A stretch of 62,900 nucleotides of DNA, filler included, from Dicyema japonicum (taxonomy: Eukaryota > Animalia > Dicyemida), in NCBI GenBank assembly GCA_011109175.1. It is 5 parts of 5 records of this genome, joined end to end, with 100 filler letters (N's around TTAATTAATTAA, not from the genome) between each part and the next. Parts side by side here need not be neighbours in the genome. Positions count along the whole stretch, not along the records: positions 60,350 to 62,900 come from RDEW01000286.1; 4 more parts are not named here. One strand, given 5' to 3'. This document shows, piece after piece, positions 62,270 to 62,900 of the stretch; positions within the stretch are counted from its first letter, which is position 1, and each line of letters starts with the position of its first letter. The notes below the pieces were generated by a model, which ran no database searches, was not told the origin of the DNA, and saw only the letters and a program-made list of their open reading frames with translations. A program made the position numbers and the translations under genes.

Positions 62270-62900
62270 TCAAAACCCAATAACAAATGACTGTTATCTT
62301 GTTTCAAGACTCGTGGGAAGGGTATATTTTGAAATAAATGTTAGGGGGAGTTTTCAAACTACCTTAAACTCTCAAATATTGAAACAGGAGAGGTCTTAAT
62401 GGCTAAAAAAAATCAAAAACTAAGGATCATAGGGTAATCAATTTTAACCACAACAGAGTCGTTTTTCAAGGGCTTTCAATGAACTCAAGATCTTAAAAAC
62501 TTGTACTCATGAGAATATCATTCAATATTATGGATTTTTCGAAGACTGCGTGAATGTTTACATTCTTGTAGAATTCAGTAATGAAGGAGTTGTGTATGAT
62601 GACATGTTATTAGACTCTACTCAATCTTATTCTTGAGAGGAAATTACTGGATGATGATGAGGCCTTGTACATTTGCTTGGAATACAAAGGGAGTCGATCA
62701 TCTTAACAAACGATCAGTAATTCACGGAAACATAAAACTTTCAAACATTTTGATGATAACAACAATCCAAAATTATGTAATTTTGACTATTCCAGTGATT
62801 GGAGCTTCCCACGGTAAAACATTTCCTAAGCAAGTAGATGTTCTATCCGATTAATTTCGAATACTGGGCACCAGAAGTCGTAATTTTTCAAGAAAGTATC
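62270..62900 (+). pseudogene. PLK/Aurora-like Ser/Thr kinase, frameshifted, catalytic motifs altered; runs off the window
   Basis: NELKILKTCTHENIIQYYGFFEDCVNVYILVEF, VIHGNIKLSNIL, KLCNFD, YWAPEV; short introns. Confidence 0.7.

Overview
This is eukaryotic, AT-rich DNA and not one contiguous locus. Four artificial 100-nt spacers (44 N + TTAATTAATTAA + 44 N, the motif at 9859, 33131, 57988 and 60294) split it into five independent pieces, and there are further N gaps and single-n joins. Host genes carry very short GT-AG introns (mostly 21-32 nt). Together with an IgSF receptor and animal-type transposons, this suggests a compact-intron animal, possibly a reduced parasite (inference; taxon not determinable). 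Much of the window is transposon debris: RTE-like, I/Jockey-like, CRE and R4-like non-LTR elements, Buster/Charlie hATs, pogo/Tc1, Helitron and tRNA-derived SINEs, several with target-site duplications. Recognisable genes are one apparently intact ~5-Ig type I receptor with ITSM/ITIM-type tail motifs, a mucin-like membrane protein built from tandem exon+intron units, and disrupted copies of NFU1, LENG8/THP3, VPS39-like, ATP6V1A, an inositol phosphate kinase, an SH3 protein, PAK1IP1-like and a PLK-like kinase. There is one canonical-looking U2 snRNA and one variant lacking the stem-loop IV apex. No new system is proven. The strongest leads are the inhibitory-type Ig receptor, the exon+intron tandem array, the G-to-C skew flip and multi-base indel scars in ATP6V1A, and the near-universal disruption of housekeeping genes.
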